In this document: one piece after another, positions 25,596-40,686 of the stretch | Layout: every line of letters starts with the position of its first letter | Position numbering within the stretch: position 1 is the stretch's first letter | Source: Octopus sinensis | Lineage: Eukaryota | Assembly (NCBI RefSeq): GCF_006345805.1 | Contig: NC_043002.1 | Coordinates: 85,994,001 to 86,058,000, forward strand | DNA length: 64,000 bases | Reading direction: 5' to 3' | Program-made: the position numbers and the translations under genes | Notes under the pieces: model-generated | The model's database searches: none | What the model saw: only the letters and a program-made list of their open reading frames with translations | What the model was told of the DNA's origin: nothing

Positions 25596-28240
25596 GCATA
25601 TCCTTTTTTCCTAGGTCAGGAAAATGTGATTTGAGCAAGATTTGGCTACTACTTCTAGCATGATGGTCTGCCATCATTTATTCTGTACAGGATAAGTTAC
25701 AGGCAAGGTATGATTGATGCTTGCAATCATAGGAAGCTTAGAACTGGTCTAGTTTCGATCAATTAGCTGACTTGATGAGATACAACTGTTTGTGGCAGGG
25801 TCAGGTGAGTTGATTTGGTGTGGTTGGAAATTTCTTTGATGTACAGACAGAGGTAGTTTAGTGCAGAAGAAATCAAAAGTATGAGTGTGTGTGTGTGTGA
25901 CAGAAAGAGAGAGAGAGAGAGAGAGTGTGTCAGGGATAAGGGCGGATGAAAGCATTAGCTGCAAGATTAAATATCTGTGACATCTTGAAACAGGACCTAA
26001 CTCAGAGAAGATATGGAAGTGAGTACTGCTCCAGTAGTCAACAGGAAAAAATGGTTGGTTGATGTCTTTTTCCCGCAATTAGTTGAAGCCTGAAAAGTTG
26101 GGTTAACTACAATAGGAATATTTGTATTTCCTATATGTCTCTATCTTTTCCTAAATTCCAGTATGATGTTATTAGTATCAAACAATGATATAATAGAGAG
26201 TTTCTATTTTCAGGATCCATGTAGAGGAATGCATCTTTGACCGCCACTATTTCTTTGTTCATACAAAGTCTAGAGACAGAACTTATCCTAAAGCTGTTGT
26301 TTGTTGATAACTGAGTTCCCCTTATCCATATTTACAGACAAGAAAACAATCCAAGCACGTAGGGTGCATTACAAGCTTTTTTATTTTCTATTCCCAAGAA
26401 AAACCATCCAAAAGAGTACAGATGATCTCAGATCTGCACTTTAGTAATAGACCCAGTTTCCTGGGTTAATATCACAATGAAGTCATTGGATATATTGAAT
26501 AGAATCCATTCCATCACAAGCATTTGGATCAGGTCTCCAGTTAGAGGATAATTTTCTTGTACCAGTTTGGCAGCACTTCCTTTTTTTCTTCTGACTAAAT
26601 TAGTTATAGTAAAAGTTCTGTGGTTCCCTTTTCAATCTAGACAATTCATGAGATACAAGGCTACTGTAATTAAAAATGCAGAAAATGGATTTATTCATTC
26701 CAGTAGTTCTTTTGAGGCATCTGCAGAAATGTGTGTGATAGTCTAGTCCTTATATCTATGTCAAAATGGTTGTCAACATCACTATGTTGTTGAAAGCAAC
26801 CAGAAAAACTAAACAGTACAATCACCAACTTATTTAGAAAATAAAAAAAAGCTGCAACTGGCTTCTAAAAGTAATGGATGGAGTAATAATATAATGAAAA
26901 CAATCAAAGTATTGAACTGTCAGAAAGACATGCTTTGGAAGGAAACAAAATACAAAATAAGAGGACTAGTTTGTTGCTCCAACCACCAAAACAATCTATT
27001 TCTATAATTCTAGTTATTCTAGTATCAATGGGTTCACAGTTAGCTTATACAGCCATCAAATGACATGTTAACATCAAAGAGGATATATTTCTTCCTATTG
27101 ATTTTTGTAAGCAATAACTTTATTATCATCACCATCTTCATCATTGTAATCATTTAAATTTTAATCACAAAATATAGCCTCTGATGAAAACATGACATAA
27201 ATTTGAAAATAAGAAAACAAATGCATGGGATAGGAAATCACAAGTTTATGTTTTAACATTGTCAGATATAAATTTTACAAGACATGCAAGTCAGTTTAAA
27301 CATCAAAATAAAAGCAAACCATTTATAAATGCAGGCATATAAAATAACAGTTTATTCAATCTCCATTGTTTAGGTTTATGATTATTCTATTAAAATAAAT
27401 TATTATCTCTGTAGCTAATATTTTTGTTATCCCTATTTCAAATAGCAAAATTTAGATATTAAGCCAAAAGGAAATTTAGATTGATATCAATAAAGTAAAA
27501 AACAAACACTCATCTAGATTCTAATTAATAAATACTATAGAAGCTAATCTGAACTACAAAATAACAACATAAAAACTGTGTCATATTTTGACCAACCAAT
27601 AATTTCTTTGTTCTGCTCTTTGCAGACATTCACAATATGTAAAAATTGTATTATACATTTTATTTCTATATTGCTAACATAATATAGATGAATACAATTT
27701 TTTCAATCCATTTATTTTCTCATTAAAAAATTGCATGGCTTATATTTTATATTCCACAAAATATTTGCTTCTGTTGTTAAGTATTTATTTTAAATCTAAA
27801 TAAGATAGAAAAATTAAAATGTTAATTAAATCTAATTTGGGACAAATTATTTTTTGTGAACATTGGATCATGTAACTTTAAACAAATTACACCAGATTGC
27901 ATTAAATTTCATTTTCATTTTGAGAAGTGATTTTAAAGCTATTTGGTATGCCATATAAAAGAAAAAACTATATGCATTCCCTGCCCCCATCCACAGTTTA
28001 ATAGCTATTACTGAAACCTTTTTGTATTTTCGTATGTTTTTATACATTCTTTGAACACTTATCCCATTAACTGACAAAATGTACAATAAAGCTTTTTGAT
28101 GTATATTTTGCGAACTTAAATACCATATTAGCTTTAAATAATCTAATTTACATTTGTTTTTATATTTCAGGAATTTTTAGAGATAAATCATAAAATCACT
28201 TTTCAGTTTTATTAATAGTGTCTAGTCTATATATATTTTG

Positions 28241-28326
<86 letters not shown>

Positions 28327-28479
28327 GGAATATAACTCCAAACTTATAGGGAAAAATTCAATTTAGTATTAAATCAAATTTCACAATATAAAGATATGAA
28401 ATATATATTATTGTTATTTATGTTTTGGTTTTTGTCTATCACTGTTTGAGTTGCATAATAATGGTTTGATCTCTAATTC

Positions 28480-28595
<116 letters not shown>

Positions 28596-30427
28596 TGTGT
28601 GTATGTGTGTGGTATATCTGCTGCTAAAAGCAAAGACAAGATGTAACAAACTTTTTTAATCAACATTTTTTTTATCATGCTTACTTCAAAATAAAAGTAG
28701 GAGACCATGACAAAAGTTGTTGTACACCAAATTTGTCACATAAGAGTTGCTGCATTGAGAAACTGAAGTCATGGTAAAAAGAAAACACTTGACTTTTAGA
28801 ATCGTGATGGTATATGAACCATGAAATCCTATCACTGACTACAACTTCTGTGCATGCAACGTTCAAGGTTATAGTTCTAAGAATACAGAAAGCTTTTAGT
28901 ACCCAGATGTAATCAGTAATCAAATCTGTACTCTTTGATCTAGTTATTCTAGTTACTCATCTACTCAACAGCCTGGATCATTATAATCCCGGTTAAGATC
29001 TAAATTTAGACAATGATAATAGTTTTGAAGAAGGCATAAATCATTAACATAAGCCTAGGTGACAGAATCTGCTCCCTAAATTCAACAGAACATTTGAAGT
29101 CCAACCTGCTTGAAAACAATCTACAGGCATTCAATGTCTTTGCTTGATACAGAAAGTATGAGAAAGATTTTGTTTAATTTTCAAGATGAGAGAGTCTCTT
29201 TCTGTTTTTCCAAAGACATTTTGGAATTGGTGTGGAAGCTAAGTACTGAATGTTGAAGAGTGATATAGACATTTATGCCAGAAGTTTGTTTTGTTCATTT
29301 AAAAGGAAGTAATGAAATTGTAAGTTTGCATAAAAAAGAAGAAAGAAATAATATGAATGGATGTTGTGTAAAGATCTCAAAGTGATTTACATGTTACTTG
29401 GCTAACAAAAGCCATAATTCATTTGTGAATAGGTTAGAAGAGCGTGCAATCAGCATTGGCAGATGGCAAAAAAATGGTTTCTCAGAAAGGATTGTATTTC
29501 TGGATTGAAGAACACTTAACATGGACAACTAGTTGAACCTAATGTTATAACCATTGCATAACAAAGCTTAATGAAGCAAATTACAGTAAATTAAATATAA
29601 CCAACTTAAAATTCATGAATATTATGAATTTTCATTCAAATATGAATATAACATATAGAAACAATATTTTATATTTTTCATATAAACGGAAAATATCAGA
29701 AAATAATTATCTCTCTACATATATATAAAACATTCTCAAGGCTGCTGTCCTTGCCTTGTGGGTAAAGTTGGCACATCATTAGGTGAGAATAAAAGGGACT
29801 AGCCATATAGTAAATTTTCCTCCATACATTAAAAGTTGGCACAAGTCCTTCTTACACATGGCCTGTAATACCAAATGAAGTCATTGAAAGCTGGGGTTGT
29901 ACAATATTACAATATATATATATATATATATCCCCTATATATATATGTGAGCTTTTCGGCACCTCAATAGTGCTGATGATCCCAAAATACATCCAGTACA
30001 CACTGCAACCTAGTTGGTATTAGGAAGGGCATCCAGTCATAAACACCTTGCCAAAGAAGATATTGATCTTTGGACCTATCAGATCCAGTCAAGCTATCTA
30101 CTCCATGTCAGCATGGAATATGAGCATGAAATAATGACGATAATGATGATGTTGATACTCATATTTGGAGTTCTATCTCTCCTGTTTGAAGTACCGAACC
30201 AATATATATATGCATATGTATATGCTAAGAAGAAGCTGTGTATGGTACCAGGACTTTTGACTCATGTTGAATTTCACAAACTATTCCAAATCATTGTTAG
30301 AGGACCTGCATGAGTGGAATCTCTGCTGGCTAGTTTGTACTGGTATCAAGTTGTATACGTTGTAATAACAAAGCCAAACCAATTCAAAATACCACTATTT
30401 GGTTTGACTTCATCATTACAACTGTGT

Positions 30428-30469
<42 letters not shown>

Positions 30470-31423
30470 TGTGTGTGCATGCATGCACATACATGTGGAT
30501 CAGTCTGATTCATAGAGCATAATACCTGACTATTTTATAAACAAAGTTAATTGTGAAGCAAATTATGTTCTGAGATGAAAGTTGATTTGGTATGCTATCT
30601 TTTCAATAATGTTTATAGTATTCAAATGATGTTATGTATACAATGTAATCAAAAAAAGATAGGTGAGAAAGGGGGAGAGAGAGAGAGAGAGAGAGAGAGA
30701 GTGTGTGTGCACATAAGGGAGAGAGAAATTAGGGTGAGAAAGAGACAAAAAGGCAGAGCTTACCACTCCATTACAACTATCAGTCTTTCACCATCTCTTT
30801 TCATGAAACCTCCTGATTTTTACTCCAGGTGAGTGAGGGCCTGGGTAAAGGTGACAGTATTTACCATCATGGAGATGGCTCACAAGTGTCACTAGTCCTC
30901 TCCACAAAGGTGAATGCTATCATGTTTTCAATCTGATAGTATTACATATGATAGTTAAATGTCTCTGACAATTTGACAGTAAGTGTTGATTATTTAATCT
31001 GCATTATGCAACCTATAATCACCTATGTTAATGAAATGTATGTGAGATGGTGTAACTAAATATCATATAAACAATTTTTCATATAGTAGCATGAACCAAA
31101 GTAAAGATGTGTACATTTATTTTTAATACGTTTTTGCACACTAGAATGAGAAAAGCATCTGCAGTAAGATTTTCTCAGAGAAAAATATCTCCCCATAGAT
31201 TTTGCATGAAAAATGCATCTAGCTGAGTTCCAATATTAGGAGCTTGGCTTGGCTTGGTGTCTTTTCAAACATAAAGCCTGTTAGGAGCAATTATTCCCAG
31301 AGACAAAATTCTAAGAAATTAATTTCATTGTTTTTATGTCTTTGCAAACCAAATCCCAAAACAAAACAAATCTATAGTTATCTATTTTCTGCACAGGAAC
31401 AGTTGTTCCAGCTTAGCTCTAAA

Positions 31424-31463
31424 TGATACTGAGGAGGCAAAACTACACTGAAACACTGTGTCA
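31424..31463 (+). ncRNA. decayed hammerhead-like motif
   Basis: TGATA-CTGAGGA-GGCAAAACTACACT-GAAA-CACTG-TGTCA. Stem I and core are present, stem II is weak, and there is no clean NUH. Confidence 0.3.
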
Positions 31464-31699
31464 GGTAGTTCACTGATGTAATTTGGAGTCTAGTTTGATG
31501 AGTTTTTGCAAAGGCAATAATGAAAAATACTGAAAAATTTTGCAGCCAACACTATATTCGTTCTAGTGTAAAGGAATGTGTTAACTACACACACACAGAC
31601 ACATGCACTCATGCACACACACGCACGTGTATATGTCACCTTCAACTTCAGAAATATGTTACATTGGTGGTTGGCCTGTTGAAAACCTACAGCCAATTG

Positions 31700-32830
31700 C
31701 ACTGTTTTTTTACTAACAATTTCTGGAAGAGAATAACAGAAATTCCAAAGACAGAAGCAAAACCTAGAATCTAAGGCCTTAAAGTAAACCCAGAGCAACA
31801 AAAATTTGTGTTAGTAGGAAAGAAGATAGGACAATATAGCCAAATGGGAAAGTGGTCACACTTGGTATACAGGAAAAGAGTAAGTTGAGAACTTCATGTG
31901 GTGTATCCAACATAATCCATGGGAGCATTAGAGTTACAGTGGTATTATAACTGAACTGGTAGAAAAGAGAAACTTTGTAGGTAGCAAGTGGGTAGGAGTG
32001 GTTAGTAATAAGAGCATCTGCAAAATTTTTTTCAAATGATTAAGAGTTGATAGCTTCTATTATCTAGGTCAGTGGTTTTCAACCAGGGTTCCGCGGAACC
32101 TTAGGGTTCCGCCAGTACAGTCTAGGGGTTCTGCAAGAAGTTACAAAACTGCTAAAATTGGCAGTAATTTTTAATTCTCTTGTGCAGATATGTGTGCATA
32201 AGACTATTAAATTATTGCACAGGGGTTCCTCGAGCCAGTGGAATGTTTCCTTGGGGTTCCGCTCCAGCAAAAAGTTTGAAAAGCACTGATCTAGGTTACC
32301 TATATAGCAGTGGAGGTGAGTATTCCAAAAGCATAAAATCCAGAGTAAGAACAGAATGGGAACATTCAGGGAGCTAGTGAATTATCTCACTGAGTGAAGA
32401 GCAGATTATACAATGCTTGTGTATGGAGTGTAATGTTGTATGGCAATAATACATAGGCAGTGAATGTGGAGGAGGTGAAAAAGCTGCAAAGAATTGAATC
32501 AAGCAAGCTCTGCTTTGTGTGTAATGTTAGTGTGCATGAATGGTAAACCCCAAATGTGTTGAGAGAAAAGGTGGATATAAAGAAAATCAGATGTGTGCAA
32601 GAAAGCAGCTGTTTTGGTATGGATATGCGATACATATGGAGGAATATAGCTAAATAGAGGAGTGCCAAGAGATCCCACGGAAGGAGTCTGTGGAAAATGA
32701 AGACCAAAGAAGACAGATACTGAACCTCACAAAGGTGATATCATAGAATCACAACTAGTGACAAAATGCTGTGTTGATGAATCTAATCAACCCACACAAG
32801 CATAGAAAAGTGGATGTAAAAATGATGACT
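31700..32830 (+). mobile_element. degraded RTE LINE 3' portion
   Basis: VDSFYYLG|YLYSSGG...SRVR and LYNACVWSVMLYG remnants. The tail resembles 3110-3160. Confidence 0.65.
32070..32288. mobile_element. hAT (Charlie-like) MITE inserted in the RTE remnant
   Basis: TIRs CAGTGGTTTTCAA / TTGAAAAGCACTG. 8-bp TSD atctaggt at 32062-32069 and 32289-32296. Confidence 0.9.
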
Positions 32831-33230
32831 ATGATATGTATTAGAACAAATTAAATATATGTGTGCATGTGTATGACTATGTATGGCACACTCAAATGTC
32901 TCATGTTTATAGATAAAGGAAAATAATCATGTTTACCTTCCTGATGTGAATTAGAGATGTAAGTGAAATGGTTACAGCTGGAGCTTGAATTCAAAGCTAA
33001 ATTATAAATTTAGCTCTCCAAAAACTTACTTCAAGACTATACTGTGACTTTTATAATCACATTGTAAATATCATCACTAAATAATGGGGAGTTGAAAATA
33101 TATGAATGTATATGCATTTAATGAAGATATGCTTAATAATGATGTTTTTGTTGAAATTTTATGATAATTGTTAGTTGAAAACAAAACAGAAAATTTTAAA
33201 AGAAAAGAAATTTAAAAGGTATATATCTAC

Positions 33231-34284
33231 CTTGATTTGGACAATGACGGTGCAGTTCTGTTTACTTCGCAAGCAGCAGACATGGGAGAGGATGATGATG
33301 GTAAAGAATGTTGAAAGAGAGGAGGTGGAGGCAGCGGAGGCGGCGGCGGAGGAGGAGGTGGTGGAGGTGGTGGCGGCGGTAGGTCATCAGTATCACTTTG
33401 CATAGAGAGGCTGTCAGTGTCCTGTGATGATGAAAAGCTTTTCTCCAGCTCTTCAATAAGAGACTGTGGTGGTGGTGGTGGAGGAGGTGGCGGCGAAGGA
33501 GAACAGCCCATTTCTCTACTTGGGTTACTTAAGTGTAAGTATTTGGGCATGTCTGAAGTCATTCGAGCAATCTCCTCCTCTTCTTTATCAAAGTGACTTG
33601 GCAGCTTCTCAGCATTGGCTTCTGAGAGTTTCTTGGAACCCACTTGGATGGAGGTTGTATAGTTATTATTAATTTTACTAATTTGCACAGGATCCATTTT
33701 TCGAGCAAACTTTTTATTTATCTGGATTTTCTCAATAGATGAACGCCCACTACAATCTCCTTTGCTAGACCAGGAATAGAAGTCTTCAGAACCTTCTATT
33801 GGACGGCTACGATAGTCAGAAGATGGAAGGACCTGTGAAGGATTCATTTTTTGACCTGGAGAAGTGGAAGAATGTTCTGCATCTTGCTTGTCATCTTCAG
33901 CAGCATTCAATGAACTCGAAGTCGATGGCTGATTACTATTGGAAGCTCCTGGAATTATCGCAGATTTCTCTGCTAAATATGGGAAGCTGAATGGGGCAGG
34001 TGGTGTTGGTGGAGGAGGAGGTGTTGGTGGAATAATGTTTGTTGTTAGTGGGGGCAAAATTCTCACTGCAGAAGCTGGTAATGAAATCGTATGTGCTGGC
34101 AAGCTGGCTCCAATGCTCAGAGAAGCAGAATTGTGGGGTGATGCAGAAGGAGACGAGGAGGAGTTGAAACTTACACACGTTGAGTGACGGTTAGAGCGAG
34201 ATGAAGAAGTCTTCCAATAAGAACTGGCTGCTGGTGGAGGTGGAGGGGGTGGTATTGACGACGACTGTTTTATGTGTTCTGCAA
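33231..34284 (-). CDS. ESPN: espin/forked-like gene, proline-rich exon
   Basis: ORF 33227..34300. Acceptor tattttatctcag (alternative AG 6 nt downstream, same phase), donor AAG|GTAGAT, phase 1/2. Four polyproline tracts including DDLPPPPP. Confidence 0.85.
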
Positions 34285-34681
34285 CTGAGATAAAATACAA
34301 CTGCGTGTTAGATACTGAAAATTTGATAATTCATCTGCAAGTTAATTGGGAAATAATAGCAATGATAATATTACATAATGATGAACAGCTTGAGGAATAC
34401 TGTTTCAATATTATGCATTGATAATTAATAACGTAACATAAATAATTTTTTTTTACATTTGGAATATTGATTTTTTTTGCTATTTATTTTAACATTTGTA
34501 TTAAATGGGATTTATATAATTTGAAAAGGATTTAAATTTTACATATAAAACCATTAAATAATAATATAAAAAATAATTTCGAAATGTAGAAATTATAGGT
34601 ACAGATCCTCTATTCCTAGAATGAACAGTTGGATGTTACATGTATATGCATGTACATCTGTATGCATAGGTACATATATAG

Positions 34682-34684
<3 letters not shown>

Positions 34685-34752
<68 letters not shown>

Positions 34753-34783
34753 GAGACAGACAGACAGACAGACAGGCAGAGAG
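34685..34783. repeat. (GA)n/(GACA)n microsatellite
   Basis: Directly visible. Confidence 0.95.
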
Positions 34784-36249
34784 AAGGAATATAAATAAAT
34801 GAGTACAGAAATATAAGTATTTTTTTTAAATGAATTTACAGTGCACTCAGAAATTTTTTACACAAGAGCAAAACAAACATTTTTGTGTCTTACTTAATCG
34901 GAACCATTTTAGTTTATTTAAGATACAATGCAAAGAAGTCAATAATCATTCCAGTTATATATGTTTTAACAAATCTTCTCTAGTGTCATTTTCCATTACT
35001 GAAAGGTAATGTACAAGAGCTTTCATCATTTTTACTTGCTTGGTAGATTTATTCTATCTAAGTGCTTTTTACTTCTGTCCATATTATGTAGTCAGCACAC
35101 ACAGGAACACCTAAACTATTAGTTTCTTCAAAGATAAAATTATTATATATTGACAAGTGGTTGACATATTTTTTGATTGTTTATTTTTGGTCATTTTATG
35201 TTTTCTAAATATCATACTTAGTACAAAAGTAGTAAAAGTACTGAAAATGCTGATAGCTTAACATAATCATTTCTATCTTTTCTTTTTTCTTTTGAACAAA
35301 AATGGAAATCAGTTAAAGAGGAAAATATTTTGCTTCTATAGTAAAAAAACCCCACAAACATCCATATTAATAATAAATCTCACATCGCACATTTATTCTT
35401 CAATAACTGGATTTTCAAGTAAGAAAATTCAATTTTTAAATACCTCCCTATGTGGATTTCTAATCAAGATTCAACTTTCAAGCCCTTTTTGATGCCCAAA
35501 TATTCATTCACCCATCCATTATTATCATTACCATCATCATCATTTTAACATCTATTTTTCCATACAGGCATAGAGTGAGACAAAACTTAAACAGGCAGCT
35601 TTTTTTACAGCTAGACACTCTTCCTATTGTCAACTCTCACTTATTTCTATGTAAGGTAATATTTCCTCTAGCCTTTCAAACAACAGACAGCTTATTGGCT
35701 GGACATGTTTCTATAGCAAATTGTGACAAAAAAACCAAAACAAACAAACTGTTTTTATGACTAGTTCAGTGACTTTGTTTTTACATAATATGTATGTACA
35801 CAACACCTAAGCAAAAAAACAAACACATACACCCACATATATAAACAATAGACCTCTTACACTTTCTGTGTACCAGTTCCACTCACAAAGCATTGGTCAG
35901 CCTAAGACCGAAGAAGAAAAAAGATCCTTACAGTTTTCTTCTTTTGTTGAAATTAGATGATCTTGATTAAAATATTACCATTCCTCAAAAGTATAATCAA
36001 CTCCTTTAATCTACTTTCACTTTAAAAATGTGGCATGGTTGTGTGGTAAGAAGCTTGCATCCCAACTACCTGGCTTTTAAGTCCAGTCACACTGTGTGGT
36101 ATGTTGGGTAAGTGTCTTCTACTACAGCCCCAGGCTGACCAATGTCTTACGAGTGGATTTGGTAGATGGAAACGGAAAGATGTCTGTTGTGTATATCAAA
36201 CAAACATATACATAAATATACACATGCACACACATATATGCATATATCC

Positions 36250-36987
36250 TCATAGGCCACTTTGGTCATGGCTGACCATGGGTATCACGTTGTTGCCCAT
36301 GCAACTTGTCCCCCCTCTCCACCTTGCTGACGAACCCAAAGAAACAGCAGGCCACTACAGTTTGGTGCCAACATGGTTGCAGGAGTTGCCAGGACGAAGT
36401 TGAAGTCAACATCGAGCTGCCTTAGGGGATCCAATTCCTGATTTTTCCTCGAGGTTTACTCCTGAAGTCATCTCTGTGATCAGGTATCCCACAAGACAGC
36501 AGAGGTTTGAAATCAGTGTTTCCCTTCCCCCAGGTGGGCTGCCCTCCTGGGTTGATGAGCCCCACCTGCCCAAAGCAACTGATTTTGAGGTGTCAGATAC
36601 CCACCTTTGCCCCTTCTCTTGTCAGTGGTAGCACACCCTCTGGGCTTAAAGTGTATATATATACACTTTAATAACACAATAAACAATATGTATACACATA
36701 TGCTGAAATACAATATATATAATATGCACACACACAGAATTTAAAATGCAATATATACACTACGCACACAAGCACTCCACAAACACACATAGTTGAATGG
36801 CCATTGACTACATTGTAGTTCCTTTGCTCTTTGATGGTTCATATTTTTTGTCTTGCAGGGTGTTCAACAAGCACCCATCTCACCAAGCAGGCCTGATGGG
36901 GTTGCCAGTTTAGTCGCTGATGATCTGACCATGGAACAGGTTGTACTGGACTATATGGTACCAGTAGCACTCAAGAGCAACCTGACA
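36250..36987 (-). mobile_element. non-autonomous RTE-related element split by a low-complexity tract
   Basis: GC-rich and non-coding. GGGCAGGTGGGGCTCATCAACC...GGGAAACACTGATTTCAAACCTC resembles RTE 5'-UTR sequence. The 3' end is similar to the tail of the SINE at 42262. Confidence 0.5.
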
Positions 36988-37850
36988 TAGATGCATATAT
37001 ATATATATAAATATACATACACACACACACACACACACAAATATATATATGCTTACATGCATACATATATATACATGTGTGTGTGTGCATGCATATGGAC
37101 GCTACTGTCTTCTTGCCTTGATATCGCATGATGTCTGGTAATGGAGAAGTATTACTGTGCTTTGAAACAGGCATGGGCTGGTGATATGAATGGCATCTAG
37201 TCTTAGAAAATCCACTTCAACAGAATTCCACATGACCCATGCGAGTATGGAAAAATGGATGTTAAACCGAAGATGAACTACAGAAGCTCTAACAGTCGAC
37301 GAGTGAATACTACGTTCCCAGAGCAACCAATTAATTGATCGGTCGACGTCTTTCTACTCATCTATTGTTTGTAACTACTCTATGCAATATTGACATCAAT
37401 CTCTACATAAGTTCTTTTCTGCAAAATCAGGTTTTAGTGCTACAGGTAATCTAGTATATATAAATAGCAGCATGTGCATGTATAATGACTAACGCATACA
37501 TTTCCACAATTCTCAACCGATTTTCACCAATCTTTATGTACACATTACTTATATCCCAAGGATAATCATGCATTATAACATTTTGCCCAGAGCTCCCATG
37601 TAAGTGGAAATAGTTTTTTGTATGTAGGATTTCCATATGTTTTTAATCTTTTCATAAAAGTGAAAGGATTTTGTCTATTTATTTCCACTGTCCACATACA
37701 AAGGTGATTCAATTGACTAGGAACACTGTACATGATGAATATCCAATACCAAACTATTTACATCTACATATTTAAACTGCATTAAACTTTGGCAAGCTTA
37801 CCTTTACCTATCCTGAGTTACTCGAAAGGTGATGTTCCCTCCATTCTCTT

Positions 37851-38245
37851 ATCATCATCATCATCATCATCATCATTTAACGTCCATTCTCCATGCTAGC
37901 ATGGGTTGAACGGTTCGACCGGGGATCTGGGAAGCCAGAAGGCTGCACCAGGCTCCAGTCTGATCTGGCAGTGTTTCTACAGCTGGATGCCCTTCCTAAT
38001 GCCAACCACTCTGTGAGTGTAGTGGGTGCTTTTTACGTACCAAGCGAGGCTGGCAACGGCCACGATCGGATTGGTGCTTTTTACGTGCCACGGGCATGGA
38101 AGCCAGTCAAGGCAAAGCTGACATTGGCCACGTTCGGATGGTGCTTTTTACGTGCCCCTGGCACAGAAGCCAGTCTAGGTGGCGCTGGTATCGGCCACAT
38201 TCGGATGGTGCTTTTTACGTGCCACTGGCACAGGGATCACAACTG
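37851..38245 (-). mobile_element. RTE 3'-UTR/tail with internal tandem repeats
   Basis: Same family as 2700-3162. Other copies at 38626-38910(-), 40257-40676(-), 50395-50735(-), 54940-55133(+), 30000-30150(+) and 37160-37270(+). Confidence 0.85.
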
Positions 38246-40686
38246 CGGTTTCCAGATGGATCAGTATCCATGACATCTACTTTTCCTAAGAAATTTCAAT
38301 TAACAGATAAGCAAAGGGGTCAGTTCTATGAGCCCGTCAAGCAGGTTAGTTTAAGAATTGATGGTTTTAATATAATGAAGGTGACATTCTAACACTTCAG
38401 TATTCAGATTACTCTGTTGAATGTAATGCTTAATTATTCAAATTGTTTTGAATAAACTAAGAATTCTCTTGTAACTATAAGATTTCAATGATATGATTGT
38501 TTATTTTTAGGATGAAATTGTAGGATAGGAGTAATAGGTCAGATCTGGCCAGTTTGTACATAAAACAGGTAGAATATTTTGGCCAAATATAGCTGTTTAA
38601 ATGCCATGGGAAACATGAGTGTATATCATCATCATCATCCTCATCATCGTTTAACGTCCGTTTTCCGTGCTAGCACAGGTTGGACGGTTCGACAGGGGTC
38701 TGGGAAGCCAGGAGGCTGCACCAGGCTCCAGTCTGATCTGGCAGTGTTTGTATAGCTGGATGCCCTTCCTAACTCCAACCACTACGTGCCAGGGGAAGCT
38801 GGCAGCGGCCACGATCGGTTGGTGCTTTTTACGTGCCACTGGCACAGAAGCCAGTCAAGGCGGCACTGGCATCGGCCACATTCAGATGGTACTTTTTACG
38901 TGCCACCGGCATATATATATATATATGCACATACACATGCATATAAATACAACAGGCTACTTTCAGTTTCTGTCTGCCAAATACACTCACAAGACCATGT
39001 GGTTGGGAAGCAAACTTCTTACCACAGAGTCACACCTGTGCCTAGATAGAAAGCAAATCCTTGGGCGTTGCTGTCTTGAGTCCTAGAACTCATAGTTCTG
39101 GAAATCCAGTTTTCATGGCCTATATAAGTAACCAAGATCCCAGCATTATTCCAAGAATGGGACACCAGTCCATCACAAGGTTATTCATTTACAGCTGAGT
39201 GGACTGAAACATTGTGAAATGAAAAAGCAAGAATACAATGCACCACTCAGTCAGGATTGAAATCACGATCTTGTGATAATGAATACAACAACCTAATCAC
39301 CAGGCCACATACCTTCAAATAAAGACACACACACACACACACACACACACATTATTAGCTAGTTTGCAAACTCAAACTGGTACTAGTTTCTTTATTATTG
39401 CAGCAAAGTTTAATTACAGAACAAAACTCTATACATTCCCTGAATGGCTGTTATCAGTTCAAACAAATCTTGCTGTTGCTTGGTTTGGCACTTTCATCTC
39501 ATTATTTTTTCACTCCAGTGAAGAAAACAGAACAAGAACAAAAGCAAAAACAAAACAAAACAAACTATATTTAAAACCAATTATTCTGCATTTAGGTTGC
39601 AGTTAGCCACTCTTGACTGGTTGAAAATTTCCATTAGGGAGAGAATGAGATAATATAATCTTTCAGAAAGTTTGTATTAAAATTACAAATCTGCAAACTG
39701 TCATTTGATAATCAAATTATGGCAACAAGCAGTGCTAAAAATAAAATGTTGCTCTTACCACAAGGCAGAAGAAACAAATATGGTTTTCAAGTAATGAAAA
39801 ATGTAAGTGCTTTATATTGATTAAGAGTAAAATTTGAAATCTGAGGAAACTGCAGAAAATCTGTGTTGACAACAATCTTAATAAAATGCCAGAATGTACA
39901 TGTCAATAAGTTTAGTTCCCATGAGGTTTAGGGATCTGTGCCTGAAATATCAAGAATTTTCACTCTTCACAGCAACAAAAATTATTGGCACTTGTTAATT
40001 CACTTTCACTACATGAGGGTTTTTAATGCATTACTGTAAAATGATTGAAAGTTATTACAGAATTGGAAAATAAGTCTTGATTTATATAACTAAATAAATT
40101 TATTTTTTTAAAGAATAAATTTAATGAAGAATATAAAAGTGTATTATAATATACAGGAGACTCAAGAAAGAAATTCTAAATAGATATGCGTAAAAGCATA
40201 TAGTAATGTAAGTCATTCATGTAAACTGTTTCTAAGTCATGCAGTCATACATGTTTATCATCATCATCATCATCATTGTTTAACATCCGCTTTCCATGCT
40301 AGCATGGGTTGGACGATTTTGACTAAGGGCTGGTGAACCAGATGGTTGAACCAGGCTCCAGTCTTGATTTGGCAGAGTTTCTACAGCTGGATGCCCTTCC
40401 TAACGCCAACCACTCTGAGAGTGTAGTGGGTGCTTTTACGTGCCACTGGCACGGGGCCAGTCAGGCGGTACTGGCAACGACCTCGCTTGAATCCTTTTAC
40501 ACATGCCACCAGCACAGGTGCCAGTAAGGCGACTTTGGTAACGATCACGCTCGAATGGTGCCCTTTTACATGCCACTGGCACGGAAGCCAGTTGGCTGCT
40601 CTGGCAACGATCACACTCGGATCGTGTTCTTGGCACCCTACTAGCACAGGTACAAGTGCCAGTAAGGCGACGCTGGTTTATACATA

